This document shows positions 38,842 through 49,079 of a stretch of DNA of 64,000 nucleotides, in pieces. Position 1 is the stretch's first letter. The number at the start of each line of letters is the position of its first letter. A program made the translations under genes and the position numbers. The notes under the pieces were generated by a model that was given only the letters and a program-made list of their open reading frames with translations, did not search any database and was not told the origin of the DNA. Source of the stretch: Armatimonadota bacterium (GTDB lineage Bacteria; Armatimonadota; HRBIN16); contig OY781964.1 of assembly GCA_963677485.1 (NCBI GenBank), forward strand, positions 2,720,001 through 2,784,000, in the 5' to 3' direction.

Positions 38842-39492
38842 CACTAACCCGTGTCTGTGTAACTGGGTGCGATACAGACCTTACCTATGGTAACATAAGC
38901 ATCCTCATCGCCTGGCGCGTACACCGTCTCCAGGTCGGACTCGGTAACAACATGCACAGAATCGCCGATGGATGGATACTGCGAAATGCCTCGTTCAAAT
39001 GGCTTGCCTCTGCGTCCCTCACCAACCATCTCTACACGTAACCAGCGATTCCCTAATAGAGGCACTGTATCTGGTCCACCCGGAGCTGCGCCTGCACCAA
39101 CTTGCGAGATGATTCCATATAGGTCCACATATCCTGCCGGGATACGAACAAATCCGCCTACCTGTCCCGCTCGGTAACCTTCTCCGTTTACGAACAGGAG
39201 GCCAGTGGGTGTATTCTCTGGCAACTTCACACTGATACTTGAGCCGTTTACATCTTCGACAGTTCCAAGGCGCGAGGGATCAGGATTGAGTTGTTTGTTC
39301 GTCATTGTGTTTCATCCCACCGCAGAGTTGTTCAAGAAATAGCCCAAAGTAATGGAAGTCACCCAGCCTCGACATTGTTTGCTTCTGTCGTGTCAATAGT
39401 CACCTTATTACTACCACCCATGTTCGGCATATGTATACCACTTGACTAGTTCGTGTTCATTGCCCAATGTAAGTGTTGGATGCGTCGGTATC

Positions 39493-40260
39493 TCACTCTA
39501 CGGATGCATTATCCGGCTTGCTTACCTCCCCTCTGCGCTGCCTTTGGCGATAGCTCTCACCGGTGACAACAGTCACCCGGGCATGGTGAGTCAATCTGTC
39601 CATAGCAGCTGAAGCGAGAAGAGAGTCGCCAAACATCTCCGGCCATTCGGAGGGAGCCCGATTAGATGTCAATACAATACTGCCCTTCTCGTATCTCTGG
39701 TGGATGATCTCGTAGAGGTCTTCCGCTCCCTGAATTGTGATGGGGCGAAGACCAAAGTCGTCGAGTATCAGGAGGTCAACGTTGACCAATTTCTTAATCA
39801 ACCGCGTATAAGCATCGTCTGCCCTGGCCGCAAACATCTCCTGTTGCAACTTGTGGACAGAACTGTTATAAACACTGTAGCTTCGCTTAATGGCCTCATA
39901 ACCTATGGCGGTGGCTAGATGTGTCTTGCCCACACCAGTGGGACCACACACCAGCCAGTTGGCATGTTGAGCGATTAACTGGCAGGTCGCCATCTCCCTT
40001 ACCAGCGAACGATCAAGGGTAGGTACAGCGTTGAAGTCGAAGTGGGACAGCAGTTTCGTGTTCTCGAAACAGGCCGCCTTCTCCATCTTTACCTGTTTAG
40101 TTTGGCTGCGTCGCTCAAGCTCATCATCTACTAATAACGCAAGGAACTCCGTTGGTGAGAGCTTTTGCTCACGGGCTAGCTCCGCTCTCTCTTCGAGGCT
40201 ATCAACCATGCCAGACCATCTGAGTTGCCTGAGCTTGGGTAGCAGTGTGTGAGTTAACAC
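39493..40260 (-). CDS. istB: IS21 helper ATPase
   Basis: GPTGVGKTHLA, LLILDDFG, LTSNR, AAMDRLTHH, GESYR. Confidence 0.96.
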   Translation of the reverse strand: MLTHTLLPKLRQLRWSGMVDSLEERAELAREQKLSPTEFLALLVDDELERRSQTKQVKMEKAACFENTKLLSHFDFNAVPTLDRSLVREMATCQLIAQHANWLVCGPTGVGKTHLATAIGYEAIKRSYSVYNSSVHKLQQEMFAARADDAYTRLIKKLVNVDLLILDDFGLRPITIQGAEDLYEIIHQRYEKGSIVLTSNRAPSEWPEMFGDSLLASAAMDRLTHHARVTVVTGESYRQRQRRGEVSKPDNASVE

Positions 40261-41813
40261 GCTTCTACCTCCATATTGGTGTCAGCATTACTGACCAAAA
40301 TGAATTCGTCGGCACTACGAGCGAAGAGGTAGTCTTTTTTAGGGGGAAGAGAAGATGTTATTCCCATTGGCTCGTGATCTGTACCGGCCCTCAGTATCTT
40401 AGCAATGCGTTGGTAACTACCATCTTGGTAATAGAGAGAGCGTGCGCAGGCCGCTTCCAGGCGACTACTGCTGTACGTTTGAACTAGCCGGACGATCCTC
40501 TTCACGGATTGTCTTCGGTCTACAGGCCTGTCAGCCAGCAAAGCATTAAGCACCGTAACACAACTGGGGCCGATGTCATGCCCTAATTCCAGGCAATTCT
40601 CGATTGAAAGAACCATATAGGCCACTTTATGTGTTGGGTAATCAGTCATGCGGGTAATGCGCTGCCCTTGTTGTGTCGCTCTTTGATGTGTTCCAACTAG
40701 TTTATGGTCGTTATCATATATCTGCACCACTCGTTCGTGCAGATGCACGTCCATTTGGCTGCCTATGTAGCTGTAGGGCACGGAATAGTAAGAACCATAC
40801 ACTGTAACATGACAGTCCCGATGGACTTTCGCACTACGAACTTCAATGAGATCAAATTCCGTGTCTGGTAATGACTTAAGCGTGCTCTTCTCTACCTGAT
40901 TGAACTGCGCCAATGGCTGTTTATGTGTGGTTCCATGGTTACGCAGACCTGCCTCTTGTGTGATCCAGGTCTTCACAAGCAGGTTCGCTTCGTCGATATC
41001 CATGAACTCCCGGCCTGCAATGAAGTTTCGCTGCACGTAATGAACCCCGTTTTCCACTTTTCCTTTATGCTCCGGGGTTCTCACTCTACACGGATGAATG
41101 AGGAAGTCGTAGTGCAAGGCCAGTTGCCGATACGGCTCCGAGATGACAGGGTCGTATATATCTGCTTTGAGAACCGCTGACTTTAGATTGTCTATCACAA
41201 GTTCCTCTGGAACGCCTCCGAAGAATTCAAAGGCGTTGATATGGCAGTTCACCCATGTGGGTATCCTTTGATTGAATACAAACTCCACATATTGATGTCG
41301 AGAGTGTGATAGCGTCATCAAGAAGGCATACGTTGAACGCATCTTGCCTGTTGCGGGGTCCTTCATTTGCCCCACAAATCCGAAGTCAACCTGGGCCTGT
41401 TTTCCTGGGTCTGTCTCTAGACGTATAATGGCCAACTGCTCTTTGGGGGTCAGTCCGTTAATGAAGCGAATAACCGAAGAGTAGCTACCGGTAAACCCGT
41501 ATAGTCGTTTGAGGTTGTTGTGGATGGTCACTGCCTCTATGTGAGTCTGGAGATAGGTCTCGATGATTTCGCGGTATGGTTCAGCACTAGACACATTACT
41601 GCGTCGTTTGCGCTGCGGTAAGGTGTCACGAAATGCCTCCATACTCGGCATATCTGAATCTGGAGCCAGGTATCCAAGTCGAGAAGCCCACTGTGCGTAT
41701 TGGCTGACGGTGTTACGAGCGCAGCCCGTGTCACGAGAAATCGCTCGTTGGGACTGCCCACGCCGCAGTCGGAATATGATCTCTTCTATGATCTGCATTC
41801 TTAGCCTTTCCAT
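40254..41813 (-). CDS. istA: IS21 transposase
   Basis: ETDPGKQAQVDFG, FFGGVP..LVIDNLKS, PEHKGKVENGV, YYSVPY. Confidence 0.96.
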   Translation of the reverse strand: MERLRMQIIEEIIFRLRRGQSQRAISRDTGCARNTVSQYAQWASRLGYLAPDSDMPSMEAFRDTLPQRKRRSNVSSAEPYREIIETYLQTHIEAVTIHNNLKRLYGFTGSYSSVIRFINGLTPKEQLAIIRLETDPGKQAQVDFGFVGQMKDPATGKMRSTYAFLMTLSHSRHQYVEFVFNQRIPTWVNCHINAFEFFGGVPEELVIDNLKSAVLKADIYDPVISEPYRQLALHYDFLIHPCRVRTPEHKGKVENGVHYVQRNFIAGREFMDIDEANLLVKTWITQEAGLRNHGTTHKQPLAQFNQVEKSTLKSLPDTEFDLIEVRSAKVHRDCHVTVYGSYYSVPYSYIGSQMDVHLHERVVQIYDNDHKLVGTHQRATQQGQRITRMTDYPTHKVAYMVLSIENCLELGHDIGPSCVTVLNALLADRPVDRRQSVKRIVRLVQTYSSSRLEAACARSLYYQDGSYQRIAKILRAGTDHEPMGITSSLPPKKDYLFARSADEFILVSNADTNMEVEAC

Positions 41814-43603
41814 GTATGCCCTCCTGATAAAACTGTGTCTATCATTTAGGCGGTCAGGGGCATCGAAACACGGCTAGAGTGGTATAGTCATGCCGAACAT
41901 GGGTGGCTCACACATGCCGAATGGGCTGGTATAGTGTAACCCGATTAGCGACATGTCGAAATGTTGTTTCATCGGTCGGGACCTCAACATCGTGTAACCA
42001 TGGCAGGTGTTCCCCATCGCCGCTCGTTCCCGCACGATACTGGCCAACGCGTGTTCCTACGACTGCTCCATCAGATGCAAGGACGGTCAGATTGGGTTGA
42101 GACTTGGCATATTCGACGGCACGTTCATGAGCATCCAGTGTTGAATACATCAAGGCAAAACACTGAGCCTTCAGGTTACCCCTTAAGCCGTCCAGTAGAA
42201 TCTCGTTGAAGTGATCATCAATAAAGGAATAGCCACATATAATTAGTCTTGGTGAACCGTGTGTACGCTGGTCTGAATGTCCTCGCCCAGATGATTCACC
42301 TCGGAAAAAAGCACGCAGCCTATCAAGCATGGCTAAATAAGGCATGCGGCGGCTCTGGTCATATTTCAAGTGTGATGGGTAGATCATCACTTTCTTCTGT
42401 GCTTCACGCGCCACACGCACAACACGTGTGGTAGTTTTACCATTTTTTATTTCCTCAATTTGTTCCCAGTTGATTGACCCATGGAGTTTCCAAAGCCGAG
42501 TCCATCGCAACGGTATGACGTCATGTTCTATGGAAGCGAGGTCAAACCACGGCTCTCGCGTTCCGACGAATCCATCGAAGTGCGGAAGCGACTGACGCTC
42601 AAACGCCTGCTCAAAGAGTAAATCGTAGTTCGGTGTGAATAATTCCACAGGGAAGCTACGCGCTACTCCGCCAATCCATGATGCAAAACGGGTATATGAG
42701 CAGCGATGACTCGGCAGTTCTTTTGACATCACGCCCTTGATTGAGGAGCATATTATATCATCCAAGCTGTTCAACGCATCCTTCGTCATATCCAGCACGT
42801 TGCTGTTTCTTTTTCTACTGGAAAGGATGCGGAGTTCAGTGAGTACATCCTCGACAGTAGGCACGGTAGCAATGGGGCAACTCTGGCCATGACATTCACC
42901 ACATGCTGGTGCTTCTCTACATCCTTTGCACTCCTTACAGATAGCATCCCAAGCTTTTCGATATTCTATCCCACTGCTGGCATTCGCATCTTCTTTATCG
43001 AGAGCTTCAATAACCTGCGTTGTGAGGTTCTTAATATCTGGTATCAGGTTAAGACTCTCAGTTCCATTATTGTCATACACACCAAGTGGACAACCAGCAC
43101 CCAAGAAGAATCCGATCTTCTGCTTGTTGTCCTCCAGTACTTGCCGGAGAGTGTCCACTTGCTGGCTGGCATTATGTATTTTTCCATACTTTTGATCTGT
43201 TTCGGTATTATTTTGCACTATGGACGGTACAACAGAAGAACCTGCCTGCGCTGAAATTTCGGTCATGGAATTACATCCCTCTTAGATACCAGCATTATAA
43301 GAAAAATCGCAACCATGTGTAAATTCTCACATAGAATAGCTTTGTATGAATTCCGCATTTTACTCGACTGGATGGTTATACATTCGATCATAGTCATCCT
43401 GATATCGACGCCACATACACATTACTCCTTTCCAAACACCGTTACAATCTGTCATCCAGATCGCCAATGAGGTCAACTCTCGGTCAAGGTCACCTGCAGC
43501 GACATATTCCCGTACGTGGTGTATCACTTGGACAACAAAGCAGGATTACCCGCCCAGCCTACTGAATATTAGACAGACCAAACCCCACCCAGGAGAAATA
43601 AGT

Positions 43604-45466
43604 ATGCTTAGCGATATTCAGTTTATCCCTCGCCCACGCGTCATCAACGACGTTCCTGAAAGCTTCATCGTGGCAGCGCATCACACCATAGGCAGTATGG
43701 ACGTCATCAACAACTACCCCAATCTGTTGAAACTGCAGCAGGTGATTAAAGAGGAGCTGGGCGTCACTGCCGAGATTGTGTGTGGCTGCGACTGCACATA
43801 CCAGCTCAGCATCGAGCCGACCCTTGGCAAGCAGGCCTATGAGCTGGCGATCAGCGCTGGGTGCGTCAGCATTGTAGGCGGATGTGAGGCGGGGCTGTAT
43901 TACGGCATCTGCACGCTGAAGCAGATCATCCGCGAGTCTGGCAATGAGCTCTGGTGCGGCAGCATCCAGGACCGCCCGGACTACCCAGTGCGCGGCCTGA
44001 TGCTGGACATCTCGCGCGACATGGTGCCCACCATGGACACGCTGAAGATGACAGTGGACATGCTGGCAGACCTCAAACTCAACCGTCTGGAGCTCTATGC
44101 GGAGCACACCTTCAAATACCGTAACCATCCGCAGGTTTGGAGCCTGGCCAGTCCGATCAGCGGAGAGCAGATCCTTGAGCTTCAAGCCTACTGCAAGCTG
44201 AGGCACATCGAGTTGGTGCCCAACCAGAACTGCTTCGGGCACATGCGCCGATGGTTGGATCATCCCGACTATCTGCACCTTGCAGAATCTCCTGAGGGCT
44301 TCGAGTGGCCCTGGGGAGGCAAAATGGAGGGTCCATTCTCGCTGAATTCGCAAGACCCTGAAGCCATCAAGCTGGTGGAGGGCATGTTCGACGAGATGCT
44401 GCCCTATTTTGAGAGCCCCAACGTGAATGTGGGCTGCGACGAGACCTTCGACCTTGGCGCCGGGGCCAGCAAAGAGGCTTGCGAGCGGCTGGGCAAGGGT
44501 CGGGTTTACCTGAATTTCCTTCTGGAAATTTACAAGGTCATGAAAAAGCATGGCAAGGTGATGAACTTCTGGGGTGACATCGTGCAAGAGCACCCCGAGC
44601 TGGTGCCGGAGCTGCCCAAGGACGTGATCGCGTTGGAATGGGGATATGACAAGGGCCATCCCTGGCAGGAGCGTCTGGCTAGGCTGCAGGAAGCTGGTCT
44701 GCCGATCTATGTCTGCCCGGGCACCTCAGCCTGGGGCACCATCGCCGGGCGCACCGATAACTGCATCGCCAACCTGAAGGAAGCCGCGGTTTATGGCCTG
44801 CAGTATGGCGCGATCGGGTATCTGAACACGGACTGGGGCGACTACGGTCATGTCAACAAAACGCCGGTATCCTACCTGGGATACGCCGTTGGCGCGGCTT
44901 ATAGCTGGACTGCGGAGCAGAGTGACCAGATCGACATCCCGGCCGCTCTCAGCAAGCAGGTGTTCAATGACCCCACCGGTCAGATGGGCACCGTGGCTTA
45001 TGAAATGGGCAACGCGCACCTGAAGCTAGGCAAAGTCGTGGGCAACTCCAGCGTGCTTTGGCAAGGCATCGTGCCCGGGCTCAGTGCGGAATCGTTGAAA
45101 GCAGATGACCGCGGCCCTGAGATCACGGTGGAGAAGATCGATGAGGCGATCGCAATGATTGAGGCGTTGCAGGCGCGCGTGCTGCGATCCGGCAGTAAGC
45201 GAGCGGATGCTCAGTTGCTGGTGGATGAGTGGTATAGCGTGGGCGAGATGCTGAAACACGGCTGTTACCGCTGGCGCGCTCTGGCTGAGGGTCGCTACGA
45301 AAACCAAGCCACGAAGAACAGGCTGTCGTCGCACCTTCGCACCGTGATCGGCGAGCACCAGCGGCTCTGGATGCAGCGTGCCGAGGTAGGCGGTCTGCGC
45401 GACAGCGTCAGCCGGCTGTGGAACCTGATGAACGAATACGGGATCAAAGAGCACCAGGGTATGTAG
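43604..45466 (+). CDS. GH20 beta-N-acetylhexosaminidase-like
   Basis: IQDRPDYPVRGLMLDISRD, LVPNQNCFGH, NVGCDET (catalytic DE), GYLNTDWGD. Confidence 0.9.
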   Translation: MLSDIQFIPRPRVINDVPESFIVAAHHTIGSMDVINNYPNLLKLQQVIKEELGVTAEIVCGCDCTYQLSIEPTLGKQAYELAISAGCVSIVGGCEAGLYYGICTLKQIIRESGNELWCGSIQDRPDYPVRGLMLDISRDMVPTMDTLKMTVDMLADLKLNRLELYAEHTFKYRNHPQVWSLASPISGEQILELQAYCKLRHIELVPNQNCFGHMRRWLDHPDYLHLAESPEGFEWPWGGKMEGPFSLNSQDPEAIKLVEGMFDEMLPYFESPNVNVGCDETFDLGAGASKEACERLGKGRVYLNFLLEIYKVMKKHGKVMNFWGDIVQEHPELVPELPKDVIALEWGYDKGHPWQERLARLQEAGLPIYVCPGTSAWGTIAGRTDNCIANLKEAAVYGLQYGAIGYLNTDWGDYGHVNKTPVSYLGYAVGAAYSWTAEQSDQIDIPAALSKQVFNDPTGQMGTVAYEMGNAHLKLGKVVGNSSVLWQGIVPGLSAESLKADDRGPEITVEKIDEAIAMIEALQARVLRSGSKRADAQLLVDEWYSVGEMLKHGCYRWRALAEGRYENQATKNRLSSHLRTVIGEHQRLWMQRAEVGGLRDSVSRLWNLMNEYGIKEHQGM

Positions 45467-45482
45467 CAGATCGGGTGTGGTT

Positions 45483-45510
45483 CGTAGGGGCGAACGGCCG
45501 TTCGCCCTTA
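45483..45510 (+). repeat. GTAG REP
   Basis: CGTAGGGGCGAACGGCCGTTCGCCCTTA. Confidence 0.7.
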
Positions 45511-45538
45511 GATTCTAAAGCAACGAAGCCGAAAGCGG

Positions 45539-47161
45539 CTACGACTTGCTCTCGTGGTATTCCTTCTCCACATTCACATTCCACACATCATCGCGGTTTT
45601 GAATCTTGCCCGAAATGTAGTCCACCGCGACCATGGCGGTCAGCATAGAGTGGTCCTGGTTGTTATATCTGTGCTGCCCATTACGCCCCACCATGAAGAG
45701 GTTCTCAAACCGGCTAAGGTAACTCTTGACCTGGTCGAATTGCTCATAGCTGCCGAAATAGGCGGGATAGGCTTTCGGTACGCGGATCAGCACGGTCTTC
45801 AAGATATCATCAACATCAACCACGCCGATGGTCGCCAGCTCTTTGACGGCAAACGCGCAGAAGCTCTTATCATCCATCGACCAGAGCTCATCACCCTCGT
45901 TCGCAAAGTATTCCATACCAACCCAGGCTGTATTGCTATCCGCCACCATGTAGGGGCTCCAGTTGTTAAATATCTGAAGCCTGCCCACGCGCACATCGGG
46001 TTCCTGGATATATATCCAGTTGTCAGGCACAATATTGTTTACCGATGGGCGGTCGGTGTCATTGGTGAGCTTCAGCTTACGGGCCAGCACGCCCACGGTC
46101 ATGAAGTCGCGGTACTGCAGACCGGCGGCCACATCCGCTATCTCTTGCGGCACTTGAGTTTTGAGTGCTGGCAGCAGCTCCTTGATGGGCATACTGCTGA
46201 ATACGTAATCTCCCAATATCGTCTCAACCTCACCAGTTTCGGGGTTCAACACTTGAACTCCTGTGATGCGGTCGCCCTCTGTCGTCAGCCCTACTACCTT
46301 CGTGCCCATACGGATCTCGGCTCCTGCTTGAAGCAGATCAGCTGCCACCACTTCCCACAACTGCCCCGGGCCAAGTTTCGGGTACCAAAACCGCTCGATC
46401 AGACTGGTTTCGACCTTTGATTGGTCTGATTTGCTGGATTTTGGCAGGGCCGATTTGAGGGCGTGGAGAAGGGCTTTACTTAATGATAGCCCCTTAATAC
46501 GCTGCGCACCCCATGCCGCGGACAGCTTGTGGCAGGGGACACCCCAAACCTTCTCGGTGTAATCTCTGAAAAAAGTGCAGTAGAGCTCATACCCAAACTG
46601 GTTGACCAGGAAATCTTCCAACGATCGCACAGGCTTGCGCTTGGCAACTTTGGCCACAACATAACCCCAGCCTATCCGCATCACGCGAGTCAACCCCAGG
46701 TTCTTCAGGGTTTTGCCAGACAGGCTGATGGGGTAGTCAAAAAACTTGCGCAGGAACAGGATTCGCGAGAGGCGGCTCCTGTTGAGCATCACCCGATCCG
46801 TCGCTTCCGGGTCACGCTGTCTGCACTCGATGGCCTCAGACGAATCGAGGGGCAGCACGACGCACTTATCGACCAACTCGACATCACGATGTAGTATCTT
46901 GTCATCAGAGCTTGGTGCTGACTGCGGAGGCATGACGTTGAACCACCAGTCCATGACGCGCTGGGATTTTGAGAAAAACCGGTGCCCGCCGATGTCTATG
47001 CGGTTGCCTTCAAACTGATCGGTACGGGAAATCCCGCCGATTGACTGGCTGGCCTCGAATACTATAGGTTTCACATCAGTGTGGCGAAGCAGCTCGTATG
47101 CCGCCGTTAAGCCCGCAGGGCCAGCTCCTATGATCAATGCGGTTTTCTTCGATTCAGCCAC
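45539..47161 (-). CDS. FAD-dependent oxidoreductase (protoporphyrinogen oxidase / UDP-galactopyranose mutase-like)
   Basis: [41 protein letters not shown]. Confidence 0.88.
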   Translation of the reverse strand: MAESKKTALIIGAGPAGLTAAYELLRHTDVKPIVFEASQSIGGISRTDQFEGNRIDIGGHRFFSKSQRVMDWWFNVMPPQSAPSSDDKILHRDVELVDKCVVLPLDSSEAIECRQRDPEATDRVMLNRSRLSRILFLRKFFDYPISLSGKTLKNLGLTRVMRIGWGYVVAKVAKRKPVRSLEDFLVNQFGYELYCTFFRDYTEKVWGVPCHKLSAAWGAQRIKGLSLSKALLHALKSALPKSSKSDQSKVETSLIERFWYPKLGPGQLWEVVAADLLQAGAEIRMGTKVVGLTTEGDRITGVQVLNPETGEVETILGDYVFSSMPIKELLPALKTQVPQEIADVAAGLQYRDFMTVGVLARKLKLTNDTDRPSVNNIVPDNWIYIQEPDVRVGRLQIFNNWSPYMVADSNTAWVGMEYFANEGDELWSMDDKSFCAFAVKELATIGVVDVDDILKTVLIRVPKAYPAYFGSYEQFDQVKSYLSRFENLFMVGRNGQHRYNNQDHSMLTAMVAVDYISGKIQNRDDVWNVNVEKEYHESKS

Positions 47162-47465
47162 TTGTCTCTACCTCTTTACTACACATCAGGTCTTAACTCA
47201 CTCGATTTCACGATGGCAATACAACAACGTTTTACATGTTCTGCCATGCAGTAGGTTAGAATCGCCTACTACATTCTTGCATAAAAACCAGACATATGGG
47301 AGCCGTTTGGATAGTAACTATTACCGTCACTTGATGCCGACGTTTTTACGATATGCTATAATACCCATATGACGGCGAAACTGCAGAATGTGGGTACTAT
47401 GGAATTTGATCTATTTAATCGAAATGGAGCAGGCCTGCGCAGATGAAAGATGATGGAGTGGCACG

Positions 47466-48734
47466 GTGAGAAAAACCAAATCTGAAAACACGGTTCCATA
47501 CAGCGTTCCATACGGACGATGGTTTTGGATACTGATCTGCTGCGCGTTGGTCGCCTGTCTAGCGACAGTATACCTTCATCGGATGGATACCCCGGACCGG
47601 CTTGCCAATGATGCGCTTGACTACCATAACCTGGCACTGCAGTTGATAAAAGATCACTCATATGGCAGCACCTACCGCGTGCCGGCATATCCTGCCCTGC
47701 TTGCATTGGTGTATGCGGTCACAGGACCAAACCTGCCCGCTGTTTACCTGATGCAGTCGCTGCTATTCGTGGCCTCTTTGGTGTTAGTCTATACTATCGC
47801 TTCTATGCTGGTTCGGAACGAAACCACATCGCTGATTGCTTTGGCGGTTTGTCTACTATATCCACCTTTTTGGCGTTCTCTAACCGATGTGCTCACCGAG
47901 CCTCTGGCCATGTTCCTTGTGACAGCCACAGTATGGCAGTTAATTCTATGTATTGAGAAGGTCAGTGTCCGTCGGTGTTTCGCAGTAGGTGTGCTACTGG
48001 CGATGACTACACTGTGCAAGGCCGTGACGATCCCATACATAATCATAGCGGCATACCTGGTGCTGAAGCCAAATGGAGTGAAGAAACTGAACTGGGCAGG
48101 GGCTTGTGTGCTTCTTGTCGCCGCGTCGGTATGTCTAGGTGCCTGGACGGTGCGAAACTACAGAGTGACGGGTGAAATCATCCCAGTGGCGACGGGTGGC
48201 GGGTTCAATTTTTGGCTGGGAAACTGGTCACCGTATTACCACCACGTATGGAAGTGGCAAAATTATCCACCCGAATTGGCCCGTCAGCTAGCGGGGAAGA
48301 CCGAAGTGGAGCAGGACAAGATATTCACACGGGTGGCGATAAACCAAATGACGAGAGAACCGCTGGCGGCTGCAGGGATGTTTGTTCAGAAGTTCTCCGA
48401 CCTGTGGCTTGCGGGGATCGGTAGAGACCCCGCATCGGTACCCACTCCTGTCAAGGCGATTGGCCGGTTTACTATCCCAAAACTGTCGTTCGTGTGCATC
48501 CCGTTGCTAATATTGGCTGTTATGGGATATCGACGGCTGTCACGTGAGGAACGGCGGCGTGCCCTGCCCGTGACCACGCTGATGCTGTGGTGGACAGCGG
48601 CGTATGTGCTGACTACCGTGGCCCCCGTGCGTTATGTTCTGCCGGTGATGGCATTCGAAGTTGTGCTGGCATCCGTTGCGATATCGGCTGGGGTGACAAG
48701 GCTCGCGATGAAACGCAAACGTGCCACCGCCTGA
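47466..48734 (+). CDS. GT-C fold membrane glycosyltransferase (ArnT/PMT-like)
   Basis: Multi-TM; NDALDY, YRVPAYP, VLTEPL, WTVRNY...GGFNFWLGN, RYVLPV. Confidence 0.8.
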   Translation: MRKTKSENTVPYSVPYGRWFWILICCALVACLATVYLHRMDTPDRLANDALDYHNLALQLIKDHSYGSTYRVPAYPALLALVYAVTGPNLPAVYLMQSLLFVASLVLVYTIASMLVRNETTSLIALAVCLLYPPFWRSLTDVLTEPLAMFLVTATVWQLILCIEKVSVRRCFAVGVLLAMTTLCKAVTIPYIIIAAYLVLKPNGVKKLNWAGACVLLVAASVCLGAWTVRNYRVTGEIIPVATGGGFNFWLGNWSPYYHHVWKWQNYPPELARQLAGKTEVEQDKIFTRVAINQMTREPLAAAGMFVQKFSDLWLAGIGRDPASVPTPVKAIGRFTIPKLSFVCIPLLILAVMGYRRLSREERRRALPVTTLMLWWTAAYVLTTVAPVRYVLPVMAFEVVLASVAISAGVTRLAMKRKRATA

Positions 48735-48780
48735 GAGCAGTCTATTACCCACAAGTATCGCATAGCCAGTAGGTCACCCA

Positions 48781-48919
48781 TTCCGCGACATAAATGTCTC
48801 GGCTATTGAACACCAAGACTGCTGAAGCAGTCTTCATTAACGTTATCTTTGTCGGCAAGGAGCTCCGCAGCCCGGTTTAGCGGGCTTGTTGATCAGTAGC
48901 CGAGACATTTATGTCGCGG
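48781..48919. repeat. MITE-like element, copy 3 (opposite orientation to copy 2, no insertion)
   Basis: Reverse complement nearly identical to 29791-30075 once 29829-29974 is removed. Confidence 0.88.
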
Positions 48920-49008
48920 TACATGGTCGATACGATCCCAATCTGGACTTGTGGATAATTGGCTGGCCTGAGATTGCGCACTTTAACCGTAATACCCGCA
49001 CTGGCCCA

Positions 49009-49079
49009 TGTAGGGGCGAGGTGACCTCGCCCCAGACGTGGTTGCATTCGCCCCAGGGCACGGCACGCCATGCCCCTAC
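49009..49079. repeat. Inverted GTAG REP pair
   Basis: GTAGGGGCGAGGTGACCTCGCCCC ... GGGCACGGCACGCCATGCCCCTAC. Confidence 0.75.

Larger units (their letters stand above)
37451..38876 (+). mobile_element. IS3/IS481-like DDE insertion sequence, 1426 bp, 11-bp target duplication
   Basis: Ends TGTGAGCGGCACCC...ACAGACA and TGTCTGTG...GGGTGCGATACA; GACCTTACCTA duplicated at 37440-37450 and 38877-38887. Confidence 0.9.
35952..39305 (-). pseudogene. herA: HerA/FtsK-family ATPase of a Sir2-HerA system, split by an IS
   Basis: HAS-barrel N-part 39305-38877; ATPase part with RHSAVVGSTGAGKS, VLEEAH, IAKEGRKYG, VSQRPSE. Removing the IS plus one duplication gives AYVTIGKVSSAESIKAYLDMNRLVSRH in frame (about 638 aa). 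Confidence 0.92.
39391..41953 (-). mobile_element. IS21-family element, 2563 bp, 5-bp target duplication TGTCG
   Basis: TGTC...GACA ends, repeated subterminal CCACCCATGTTCGGCAT/TATACCA motifs at both ends; TGTCG at 39386-39390 and 41954-41958. Confidence 0.95.
39280..43266 (-). pseudogene. SIR2-family NADase of a Sir2-HerA system, split by an IS21
   Basis: FFLGAGC, LFTPNYDLLFE, FDGFVG, LWKLHGSINW, MIYPS..KY, IICGYSF.D.H.N. C-terminus continues at 39385-39280: ...TTFRQKQTMSRLGDFHYFGLFLEQLCGG...QS* (about 472 aa restored). Confidence 0.92.

Noticed and set aside
37451-41953. Composite transposon formed by the two IS
   Set aside because: Different families, each with its own target duplication, so they are independent insertions.
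35450-43560. att sites or integrase delimiting the defence island
   Set aside because: Only a short ATCATAGTC match (near 35442 and 43388); no integrase or tRNA, so not significant.
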